Shown: one piece after another, positions 38,089 to 49,900 of the stretch
Layout of the letters: each line of letters starts with the position of its first letter
How positions within the stretch are numbered: position 1 is the first letter of the stretch
From: Octopus sinensis
Lineage: Eukaryota
Direction of reading: 5' to 3'
NCBI RefSeq assembly: GCF_006345805.1
Contig: NC_043003.1
Location: 88,412,001 to 88,476,000 of the forward strand
DNA: 64,000 nucleotides
The notes under the pieces: generated by a model
The model's input: the letters and a program-made list of their open reading frames with translations, nothing else
The model's database searches: none
What the model was told of the DNA's origin: nothing
Made by a program: the position numbers and the translations under genes

Positions 38089-38125
<37 letters not shown>
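37155..38125. repeat. Compound (TA)n microsatellite array
   Basis: Near-continuous TA repeats with GTA/GCA/ATT interruptions and a short non-repeat island at about 37550-37640. Confidence 0.97.
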
Positions 38126-38141
38126 TAATAGTATGTCTATA

Positions 38142-38629
38142 TCATAAACCCTTAATACATTCTTGTTCTATTTTTCCCGTCTTAATGTCGATGTCCTTTC
38201 GTCTTAACCCTAGGTGATGCAATTCCTAAATTTCAAACTTAGTTTTTCACTCATGAAAACTTCGCCCTTGTCTCTAATTTCGTCTTTCTCCAAATCCAGG
38301 AACCATCCCTCCCTTCCTCTACACTATATGCCTATCTATCTATTGGCCTTTTCCGTCTCTTCATCTCTAGCCCATGGCGGCCAGCTCACGGCGGTGTCTC
38401 CTCTCTCTTTACCACTATGTGTGTCTCTATCTCTCTATCGACCGCCGCCCGCCTGTCTCTATATATCTTCACTCTCTTTCACCCCTACTTGCCACCTCTT
38501 TCATGTATTTTTGCGAGTATTATCATCATAAACTCTTAATACTTTCTCGTTCTGTTTTTCCCGTCTTAATGTCGATGTCCTTTCGTTTTAACCCTAGGTG
38601 ACGCAATTCCTAAATTTCAAACTTAGTTT
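38142..38629. repeat. ~104-bp direct repeat pair (38142-38245 and 38526-38629)
   Basis: tcataaac.cttaatac.ttct.gttct.ttttt cccgtcttaatgtcgatgtcctttcgt.ttaaccctaggtga.gcaattcctaaatttcaaacttagttt occurs twice, period about 384. Confidence 0.85.
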
Positions 38630-39997
38630 GAACGTCGTGGTGGAACAATGTTGTAGACAGGCTATTAGAGAAAAGAGACAAGCTTGGAGGGACTGGAAAA
38701 TGGTGGTAGCAGGGAATTGTATCAGACTACCAGAAGAGAAGCTAGGAGACAAGTTTATTTAGCCAGAGGGGAAGCAGACAAGAAAAAATTTGCCAATGTT
38801 CTTCGCCGAGAGGACCAAAGACTTGAGGTATTCCGTGTTGCAAGAATCGTGAGAGAGAATCGTGATGTGGTAGGAGAGAAATGTGTTCGCATGGATGATG
38901 GTTCACTTGCGCTAAATGAGGATGCAAAGAGAGATGTTTGGAGACATCATTATGAGAGGCTGCTAAATGAGGGAAATGAATGGGATAAAGAGAGTCTGCC
39001 GAATGTCAACCCAACAGAGGGACCAGCTATCCGAGTTGAAAGTTCTTTAGTAGTTAAGGCAATTAGTAGCATGAAGACAGGGAAAGCCCCAGGCCCATCA
39101 GGAATTACATCAGAGATACTTAAAATATCTGGTAGTGTCGGCTATAGCCTAGTCACCTGTATAGTTAACCAGGTGATACACGAAGGAGTCATACCCAATG
39201 ACTGGTGTAGCAGCATAATAGTCAACTTCTACAAAGGTGAAGGTGACGCCCTAGATACAAATAATTACAGAGGTATCAAGCTGAAGGTTACGGAGAGGGT
39301 CATAGCCCAACTGATTAGGGAGAGAGTTAGTTTAGATGAGATGCAGTTTGGTTTCATGCAAGGGAAAAGCACCACTGATGCCATATTTCTGGTGAGACAG
39401 TCGCAGGAGAAATACCTAGCCAAAGATAAGCCCCTGTACCTGGCATTCGTTGACATGGAGAAAGCCTTCGACAGGGTCCCCCGATCCCTTATCTGGTGGT
39501 CAATGAGGAAACTAGGGATAGATGAATGGTTAGTGAGAGCTGTGCAAGCCATGTACAGAGACACTGTAAGTAAGGTGAGGGTTGGCAACGAGTACACTAA
39601 AGAATTCAAAGTAGAGGTTGGGGTCCACCAAGGTTCAGTCCTCAGCCCCTCCTATTTATCATAGAATTCAAGACAGGATGCCCCTGGGAGCTCCTATATG
39701 CTGATGACCTTGCTCTAATTGCTGAGTCACTATCAGAACTAGAGGCAAAGTTTCAAGTGTGGAGACAAGGATTAGAATAGAAGGGCCTTAAAATCAATCT
39801 AGCTAAAACCAAAGTCCTAATATGTAGGAAGGCAGGCAAATCACAAACGCCTTCAGGTAGATGGCCCTGCTCGATCTGTAGAAAAGGCGTAGGTAGAAAC
39901 TCTATAAGATGCACCAAGTGTAAGCTATGGACACATAAGAGGTGCAGCAATGTGAAAGGAAGGCTAACTAGGAAGGTAGTTTTTGTATGTGGCAGAT
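38630..39997 (+). mobile_element. RTE LINE fragment truncated at both ends
   Basis: ORF 38684-39664 (KTGKAPGPSGI, NYRGIKL, QFGFMQGKST, FVDMEKAFDRVP). Similar to the 13901 and 33373 copies. Confidence 0.95.
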
Positions 39998-40007
39998 ATA
40001 TATATAT

Positions 40008-43000
40008 CTGTTATTACGAAGAGCCTCCTCTAATATGTGGCGCTTGGTGAAGAATGGAGTTTGATATAGCTACTCTCATTTGCACCTCTTGCCGTGAGGT
40101 AGGTTCATCTGGGACTCTCGACAGGAAGAGGTTCAGCTTTGATTTAAAAAACCCTACATCTACTTTGTACAAGTTCCTCAGACTCTTTGGCTGAATATTA
40201 AAAGCTGTGGGCGCTTGATACCTAGGTTGTTGCAGTAGCTGGTCCTGAAGCATGATGGCATTGCTGGGATCTTTGGCACTATGCAGTGTCGTCCAGTTCT
40301 AGCATTGGTGTAGCTTACAATGCCAAAATTTGGCACAATTCCTTCCAGGATCTTCCAGACATATATTACTGCATACCTCTCCCGTCTTCTCTCCAGGGAG
40401 TAGAGTCTTAGCTGTTTCAACCTTTTCCAGTAGCTGAACTGTTGCAAAGAGACGATCTTCTTTGTGAATCTTCTCTGGATTGCTTCAAGGTCCGCTGTTA
40501 ATTTCACATTGGTGGGTGACCATAGCTGTGAGCAGTAATCCAGGCGGCTGAGGACGAATGTCCGCCAGAGGACCATCATGGTTTCCTTATCTCTGGTTCT
40601 GAATGTTCTTAGGATCCATCCAGTCAGTCGTCTGCACTTTGTCGCCATCCTGGTAATGTGCACTTGGAAAGAGGTATTATCACTCATGTCGATACCCAGG
40701 TCCCTCTGGGATTGAAATTCCCTGTGGACCGGTGTATCCTGTAAGTTTAATATTCAGTTTTGGATGCTGGTAGCGCAGGGCCTGGAATTTTTCAGCATTA
40801 AACTGCATATTATTATCCTCAGCCCATCTGTAGATTGAGTCCAACTCCTGCTGCAGCTGTATTTTCTGCGAGACTTTTGTATCGTCTGCATAGCTTGCCA
40901 GAGAGGCTATCCGGGCATTTGAGGACATATCTGAGAGGGCCACTATAAAAAGCAGTGGTCCCGAGACAGTGCCCTGTGAAACACCGCTCACTATTTGTGT
41001 GTTCATAGAGGTGGCTCCATTAACCACTACTGCCTGACTCCTATCTGTCAGGAAGTCATGTAACCACACTCCAAGTTTTCCAGCTATGCTGAGGTCACGC
41101 AGTTTGTGGCATATCATACCATGATCCACCTAGTCAAAAGCTTTTGCAAAATCAAGGTAGATTACGTCCACATTAGTCATAATGTTGTTAAAGCTGGGTC
41201 GGGCAGCTCCTACCTGGTCGAAAACCATGCTGGGTATCACTCAGCAAGTTATTTTCTTCAAGGATGCGATTAGTTTCTTTCTGAATATCCGTTCCATGAC
41301 TTTGCTGGTGTCTGAAGTCAGAGAGATAGGCCTATAGTTTTTGGCACCTGCTCTACTTCCCCCTTTATGTATTCAGCTTGCTTGGCAGTCTGCCATTTGT
41401 AAGAAAGCTCTGGAAGAGAATTTTGAGGGGTTTTGCCAGGGCATGCTTACACGCTTTGAGGAGGATTGCTGGGAAACCATCTGGACCAGCAGTTGAGTTT
41501 CTGTTCACTTCATCTATGGCTAGTAGTTTATCTTCTTCGCTAATGTCAGTGTATTCTATTGTATCTGCCTCACTGGTTATAGGTGAGGTGGCAAAGAAGT
41601 CCACTGGTTCGTTCACTTGTCTGTGTTCCAACGGGGTGGTAAAGACACTTTTGAACTGGTCATTCAGCATCTCACTGATCTTAGTTGGACTGTCTGTGAG
41701 GGAGCCATCCTTTTGGAGGAGGGGTCCTATCTTGTAGTGTACAGAGACTGTTTCTTTCGCGTAATGAAAGAAGGCCTTTGGGTTTGATTTAATGTTTTTT
41801 ATAACCCAGGCTTCTTTGTCTGCTTTCTCCCTCACATAGGATTGTTGCAGCCTTTTTTCGATCTCCATCAGTGTTGTTTTTAGGCGGGACATTTCGCTAC
41901 TTTTGGGATGTCGGTTGAGTCGATTTGCAACCTTCGCCCGTCGTCTCATGAGGATCTTCCTGTCTCTTGGAATCTTGCGCCTATTTGTTTTGGCCTTGTG
42001 CTCTGGGACATATTTCTGGCATACGGCTTACACATGTAGTGACGTCATATTCCAGTGTGCGCACACGCAACGTCATTCTTCAGTGTGCGTGTGCGGAACG
42101 CCCTTCTTCAGTGCGCATGTGCGGGGTTGGAACCTTCTAGAACCTTCTGGAAAGGAATAGGGAAGTTCCCTCATGCGCATGCGCGACTGAAGAGGACAGT
42201 TACTAGGGCGTTTTTCCTTAATAGCGCCGTGACGACCTGCTCTGTTGTTGAATTTGTTGTATGAACCTTACAAATGTTAAAATTCAGCCTTGCTATTTCG
42301 CACCAAGTAGATACCAAGATAACAACGACTTCTTTTGTAAATAAGAAAATAAAGAGTTATATATATGCGTTTTAAGTTTGGCTTGTTCCTGACTGGTAGT
42401 CTCTGGAATCTAAAGAAAGGAAATTGTGTTGCACCCAAGTTGCACCCCAAAAGTGTAAAGAAGCAACCAGTTCCCTTTACAGTGGTGACCCCGACGTGAT
42501 GTTGGTGTGTACATGTCTGAAGTGGACGTAGAAACCAAAGACCACAGAGCTACTCAACATGTTCCAGTCACTGACGACAGGATCAACCGCCTTTAGCGGA
42601 GTTGGATTTAACTTTACCCAAGTTTATCAATTGTAAGTTTGCCTACCGATCGCTTCCTTCAGCAGAAGGCTCTATTCTTTGTGACGTCTCCACCGGTTCT
42701 CCTAGACCGTTAGTACCTGAGAAACATCAACGTTCTGTTTTTGATGCTCTTCATTCATTGTCACATCCGGGTATCTCTGCCACAATAAAGCTTGTTACTG
42801 CTCGGTTCTTCTGGCCCAATATGCGACGATCGATTACCTCTTGGGCACGCTCTTGTTTGAAGTGACAGAGTGCTAAATTCCATAGACACGTTCGTGCTCC
42901 ACTTGGACAGTTTTCTTCTCCTGAGGCCCGTTTTCGCCATGTCCACCTTGATTTGGTTGGACCATGGCCTGTGAGTCGCGGGTTCTCATATATTTTAACT

Positions 43001-45970
43001 TGTATCGATCGTTTCTCACGTTGGCCAGAAGCTATTCCTATAGCAGACATTTCTGCTGAAACTGTTGCGAAAGCTTTCGTGTCTAATTGGATTTCTAGGT
43101 ATGGTGTACCGTCCAGTTTAACCACAGATCGTGGTCAACAATTTGAAGCGGTTTTATTTCGTGAGTTATAACGAATCCTGGGGATACATCATATACGCAC
43201 CACTAGTTACCATCCCACTTCTAATGGGATGGTGGAGCGTTTCCACAGGCAACATAAGGCCGCGTTGCGTGCCTCGCCGAATCCACAGTCGTGGACTGAA
43301 TTTCTTCCTATCGTCCTGCTTGGATATCGGACTGTGGTTAAAGCAGACCTTGGTTTTTCTGCTGCCGAGCTCTTGTATGGTACCACACTGGCATTGCCTG
43401 GAACGATGTTGGTGCCAGACAGTCACAGTCTCTTAATTTAGAGTCTTATGTTGCTCGACTACGCAGATATTTTTTTTGCACCTCCTCCTATGGCCCTCGA
43501 CACCAAAAATCCTCCTTCTTAATGTGCAATCAGATCTTGATTCTTGGACGCATTGTCTTTGTTCGTGATGATTCTGTCAAAGGACCTCTTGTTTCTCCTT
43601 ATAAAGGACCTTTTCGTGTGATTTCCCGCACGCCGAAAGTATTCAAACTTGATATTAACGGTCGTTTCGGAGACCGTCTCCGTAGATCGTCTTATAAAAG
43701 GGCATATTTGAGGGTGTCCACATCTTTGATGACCCACTTCCACAACATCGTTGAACCTTCACATGCGCCTGACAAACCACCATTCACACATGCACCTTTG
43801 ACAGCACCACTATTTACACATGCACCTTTGACAACACCAACATCGGCAACACCACCTTCGTCGTCGCAACCTGCCTCGAACAAACCTTATGTTACGAGGT
43901 CAGGCAGAACTGTTCACTGGCCAAAGAAACTTTCAAAGACGATTTATATTTAACATTCTTAATTGACTTCCCAGTGACAGTTCCGATACTAATTGAACTT
44001 TGTTCATTTGAGTATTACTTTTTCTTTTCCGTTGCTGCATGCTTGTTTATATTATGGATTTTTGTTGTTGTTTTAATTAGTCATATTGTGTGCCATTTTG
44101 GTGAATTGGTATCCACCTTATATTCTAAAGCCACTACAAGGAATTTTGTTTCGTGCTTCTGCACTCGAGGGGGAGCCTTTGTAGTGACATCATATTCCAG
44201 TGTGCGCACACGCAACGTCATTCTTCAGTGTGCGTGTGTGGAACGTCCTTCTTCAGTGCGTATGTGCGGGGTTGGAACCTTCTAGAACCTTCTGGAAAGG
44301 AATAGGGAAGTTCCCTCATGCGCATGCGCTAGAGACTGAAGGGGACAGTTACTAGGGCGTTTTTCCTATATAACGCCGTGACGACCTGCTCTGTTGCTGT
44401 TGAATACCTGCTCTGTTGCTGTTGAATTTGTTGTAAGAACCTTACAAATGTTAAAATTCAGCCTTGCTATTTCGCACCAAGTGGATACCAAGATACCAAC
44501 GAACATCTTTTGTAAATAAGAAAATAAAGAGTTATATATATATTTTTTAAGGTTGCGTTTCTTGTTCCTGACTGGTAGTCTCTGGAATCTAAAGAAAAGA
44601 AATTGTGTTGCACCCAAGTTGCACCCCAAAAGTGTAAAGAAGCAACCAGTTCCCTTTACACACAGAAGACATGAAACATTCTAGTTTCATGTCAATGTCT
44701 GGTGTGGAGAGACATTCCGGCCAGTCCTCTCTGAGGATTTCTTTTTGGATCGATTTCCAATCTGCTTTGTGGAAGTTCAGATTGGAGAGATTTCGGGTGC
44801 TTCCTTTAGGCTGTATGTCTCTGGTTACTTTTGGCCCAAACATAGACAGCTCTATTATGTTGTGATCCGAGACTAATGTCGGTGTCACTTTCACATCATG
44901 AATGATGTCCATATTGTTCTTGAAGCAGAAATCCAGAATGTTATTCGCCCTAGTTGGTTTGAGTACAACTTGCTCCATGAATAAGGTGAGGTTGAGCAGG
45001 GACTTCACCTGTACTTGCTTGCAATGATTCATTCCTGAGAGTATGAGACCTTTGGGCCATTTGACGATGGGGAAGTTGAAATCACCCATAAGAAATATGG
45101 TCACGTTGTGTTCCAGATTCATGAGGATTTCTTTAATTCTTGTGAGGCAATCTTCAAACTTGCCTATGTGATTTGGAGCATCCGGTGGGCAATATGTATT
45201 GCATATGAATATATTATGTTGTCTTATGTATACAATTAAAGTGTCACATACCGAATTTGAGTATGTCATTAAGACCTGGGGTGTGAGGTCATCTCGGATG
45301 TATACAGCAACTCCACCATGGCTCCTTTCCCTTCTGTCTGTTCGCAGTATGGCATAGTTTGGTATGTGTACTTCTGCATCATCTATATCAGGGCTGAGGT
45401 GAGTTTCCAAGAGTGCTATGCATAGGGCTTGATTGCATGCAGTAAGATCTCTCAGGAAAGAAATTTTGTTTCTATTTTGATGCAACAGGCCCCCAATATT
45501 TAGTAAAAGCATTGGGGTGACGGCTGTGCAGGCGTTAGTGGGGGGGGCATCCCATGTCTGTTGACTGTGGTGGTCTTGCATAGTGGTGAGCAGGGTTCCT
45601 TCTCTCTGCTTGGTGTAGCCAGGTTAGCTGCTGGACAATCCTTTGCGCCATGCACAAAAAAGACTCTTGCTCAGCTGCTGCTTTGCGCAGAACATCTGAG
45701 GAGCACACTTCTTTTCTGATTGTTTTCCTGGGAGACATTTCTTGTCTTCCCTCAGTAAAGCTCTTCCCTTTGAATCCCCTGAAGTTCTGGCGGGGTGTCG
45801 GGTGGGCGAACCGGCAGTTTTTGCCATCCTCCCCATGCCAACATTTATAGGTTCTTTGGTGCCTTCCAGATTTCTTCTTTCCTGAAGTGTACTGGGTGGC
45901 ATTGGATCCTCCATGGGGTTCTCTGCTGTTTGTGTGGTGGGTTGGGGTTTCAGCTTTGATGGTTTTGCCT
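40008..45970 (-). mobile_element. Near-full-length CR1-group LINE (ORF1 remnant, APE endonuclease, RT) split by a Gypsy insertion
   Basis: APE ORF 44589-45581 (LLLNIGGL, ALLETHL, HGGVAVY, MGDFN, ILDFCF, SDHN). RT pieces at 41365-41949, 40680-41129 (YADDTK) and 40178-40687. Same family as 35100-37150. Confidence 0.93.
42035..44660 (+). mobile_element. Gypsy LTR retrotransposon, internally deleted (short gag start fused to the integrase region)
   Basis: LTRs at 42035-42481 and 44180-44660 (TG...CA). 4-bp TSD CACA. 18-nt tRNA-Trp PBS TGGTGACCCCGACGTGAT (42483-42500). PPT ACTCGAGGGGGAGCC. Integrase HPGISAT, LVGPWP and NGMVERFHRQ. Confidence 0.97.
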
Positions 45971-45979
45971 TTTCCTCCC

Positions 45980-46334
45980 TATGTATGTATATATATATAT
46001 ATGTGTCTATATATATGTGTATGTGTCTATATATACATATACATATATATACATATTTATGTATGTATATATATATGTGTGTGTGTCTGGTGTGTATATA
46101 TATATATATATTATATATACATATATGTATATATATTATGTCTGTGTATATATATATATATATATAATATATATATATTATATATATATACGCATATATG
46201 TATATATATGTCTGTATATATATATATTATATATATACATATATGTATATATATATATTGTCTGTATATATATGTCTGTATATATATACATATTGTATAT
46301 ATATCTGTATATATATATATTGTATATATATATA

Positions 46335-46382
<48 letters not shown>

Positions 46383-46574
46383 TGTATATATATATATTAT
46401 ATATATATACATATATGTATATATATATATACGTCTGTATATATATATATGTCTGTATATATATATATATATATACATATATGTATATATGTCTGTATAT
46501 ATATATAATTACATATATGTATATATATATGTCTGTATATATCTATATATATATAATATATATATTATATATAT

Positions 46575-46607
<33 letters not shown>

Positions 46608-46672
46608 CAACATATATGTATATATGTCTGTATATATATATATATATATATACATATATGTATATATATATG

Positions 46673-46718
<46 letters not shown>

Positions 46719-46790
46719 ATTATTATATATATATACATATATGTATATATGTATTATATATATATATATATACATATATGTATATATGTC

Positions 46791-46836
<46 letters not shown>

Positions 46837-46904
46837 TGTATATATATATGTCTGTATATATTATAATATATATACATATATGTCTGTATATATTATATAT
46901 ATAT
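45980..46904. repeat. Compound (TA)n array with a recurring TATATACATATATGT...GTCTG sub-unit
   Basis: About 925 bp of TA repeats with periodic C and GTCTG interruptions. Confidence 0.97.
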
Positions 46905-49900
46905 AACTACAAAATGAGAATGGAGAAACATACTTAAATCAATAAAACATCAACTATCAGATGATACCCAATCAATACTTTAATACACCATTACATATCA
47001 GTAAAGGCATTATACAAAATATACAGTAAGAGTAAATAGACAAAGAGATATAACCCGCACCAAAGGGAATTGAAAGATTTAATTAGAACTCTCAAAGGTA
47101 AGAGCGGCATTCTAACACATTCTGACAAAACCAGCAACATCTACAATATTGACATTCCTGCATATCATGATCTTCTACACAAAGAAATAACCAAGAAATA
47201 CAAAGTAGTACCTTCTAGTACACTTAGAAAACTGAACCTGGAGATCAGAGAAATTATATTTGACTACTACCTAGAAGAAAAAACGGAACCCTACACCCCA
47301 TCTAGACCGAGAATTACACTAAAGGATCATAAAGAGAATTTTCTTGGAAACACACAGGTCAGATTAATTTGCCCCACTAAATCTGACTTAGGCAGACTAA
47401 GCAAACTCATTTTAGACAAATATCTACCCACCATCCGCAATAAAATCAAACTAAACCTTTGGAAGAATACTCAGGGTGCTTTGGACTGATTTTCTGCCAT
47501 TAAGGTCTGTGACAATAACAACTTTAGCTATAATAGAAATAAATTCATCCAATTTGATATACAGAATTATTACACTTCCATTAACCCTATTATATTAAAT
47601 AAGTCCTTAATTTTTGCTAGAAAACACACTAAATTAAGTATGGGGGAGATTAAGGTTATATTAACAGCCAGGAAAACTTTAATAGAGTTTGATAATAAAC
47701 TTTGGGCTAGAAAGGATACACCCAACTTGTTTGATATCACAATGGGATCGCCGGACTCGGCGGAGGTGACTGATCTAGTTGGGATGTATCTATTAGATAA
47801 CTTTAGTAGGGAATTCCCTGAATTAAAAGGTGGATTATACAGGGATGACGCCTTATTTTGTGTTAAGAATACATCTAATAGGAGATTAGATCTTCTGAAA
47901 AAATGAATAAATAAATTTTTTAAAAGTTTCGGCCTATCCATTATCATTGAAAGTGAAAATTATTCTGCTAATTATTTAGATGTTAATTGTAACATTACTA
48001 ATGGTTTACATGAACCCTATATTAAACCTAATTCTAACATAATATATATTAACCGTTCAAGTAATCACCCCCCTCAAATTAAAAATGCACTAGTGCATAG
48101 CATTAGTCAGAGATTTTCTAGTTTATCCTCTAACGAGGAAATTTTTAACAAGCATTGTGATAGATACAATGCAGCATTGCTTAAGGCAGGATACAAAAGT
48201 AAGATATGGTTTATACCTAAGGGGAACCCTCCTAATGGAGGTAGAACTATCAGGAACAACACCAATAGATTTAGGATAATAAGAATAGTAAAAATAGAAT
48301 ATATGATAACACCTATAATAAATGTAGAAGTGATGTTAACCTCGGAAAGGTGAACGGTAGCGCAAATAGATCTGAGCATACGGGTAATAGTAGTAATATT
48401 AATAATAATATACATATTAAAACTTATGGTAGACATGATAATGGTAAAGTTTACTTGCGCAATAATCATGGGAATATTGATATAGATAGATATAACAATG
48501 ACAGTGGTAAGAATAGTAATCATATGGGTTGGTCTAGGAATAGGATTTTTACAAATAACAATAATTCTATAGGCAATCCTAATTCTGATAAGGATACACT
48601 CTGGTTGATTATCCCATATGCAATGCAGATTAAAACAAACATAGTGAGAGCTTTGCATAATGTTATATTTAGGCATTTTGGTAAGGATAAGAATAAATTT
48701 AGTCCTTTAATTAACAATGGTACTGTTAGAGTGGGATATAGCATTACTCATAATCTAGCCACCATTATCTCCTCTTTTAATAACAGGAAACTGGATCACT
48801 TCTATAAGGATAGAAAATTGAATTTTGACCATGGGAATTTGCCCCTCTTTAATAATAATAGGAACAGAAACTTTCTTGGAACGAATGTGAACAACCCCCT
48901 TACTAATAATGAGTGCACCGTACCTGTTAGAGATAATATAAATGTAATAGATCATACTACTACTACCAATACTAGTACTAGTGATAGGAATATAGCCAAT
49001 AATGTGAAATTAACTCATTCGTTGATTTTGGGTTTGGATGATGATAACAATTGTAACACTTATAATGTGAATGGTAGTATAGGGGTGGGGACCAATCTTA
49101 GATTTCCTCATTCTGTTAATCTTTGTAATTTCAGAAACAAAAATAAATGTGTATTTGGTAATCAATGCCTCAGGAAGGAGGTAGTTTACCAATGCACTGT
49201 AGATACACAATTGAGTAGTAGGGTGTATATCGGGGCAACTATGAATAGCATAAAACAAAGATTGAATTATCACAGATATACTTTTAGAAATAAAAATAGA
49301 ATGTACTCTACAGGGCTAAGTGCATACATTTGGGAACTTAAAAGTAAGAACTTAGATTTTAGATTAAACTGGAAAATACTAACTTCAGCACCTGTGTATA
49401 ATGGAAAAAATAAAAAATGCTCTCTATGTATTTATGAAATTTTTTTCATTATTAAAGCGGGTCGGCAAATTATTAACAACATTAATGAAAAAAACTTCTT
49501 TTGCATTCATAGGCTACCGTTCACCTTTTCTAGATTCAAATAGAACTTAGCACTTCCACTATTATTAATTTTTTAACTCCCTTCTTTAACTAACTATACC
49601 TGTGGTCTTCTATAATTCTTAAGTATACAACTTATAAATTTATAATTTTATAATTTTTATAGCTACATTTGTATAATAATAATAGATGTGTCTAGTATTA
49701 TTTTTTCTTGTTTTTGTATGTGGGTTTTTGTTTGTTTTTTAAGGGAAATGCAATATGACACGAAATAACATATTCATTTTGGTATTTGCCTTGTAATATG
49801 TGATTTTTGAAGTTTTCTAATATTGCATAGTATATTGCATAGTATATATGTATATCTTGGTTAGATACCTAGCTCTAGATAATGTAATGATATTGTATAA

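Noticed and set aside
37434-38147. Long Y/I/C/V-rich ORFs (also 45887-46937, 53193-53780, 59788-60671)
   Set aside because: Translations of (TA)n, (CA)n and (TACA)n microsatellites.
38200-38215. TTAACCCTAGG as an interstitial telomeric repeat
   Set aside because: A single unit per copy, with no tandem array.
47487-47906. Two in-frame TGA codons in the PLE RT, raising selenocysteine or readthrough recoding (some PLE clades encode selenoproteins)
   Set aside because: The first falls where related RTs have Trp (TGG>TGA) and neither is at a Cys position. The element also has a frameshift, and I saw no SECIS. Decay is simpler.
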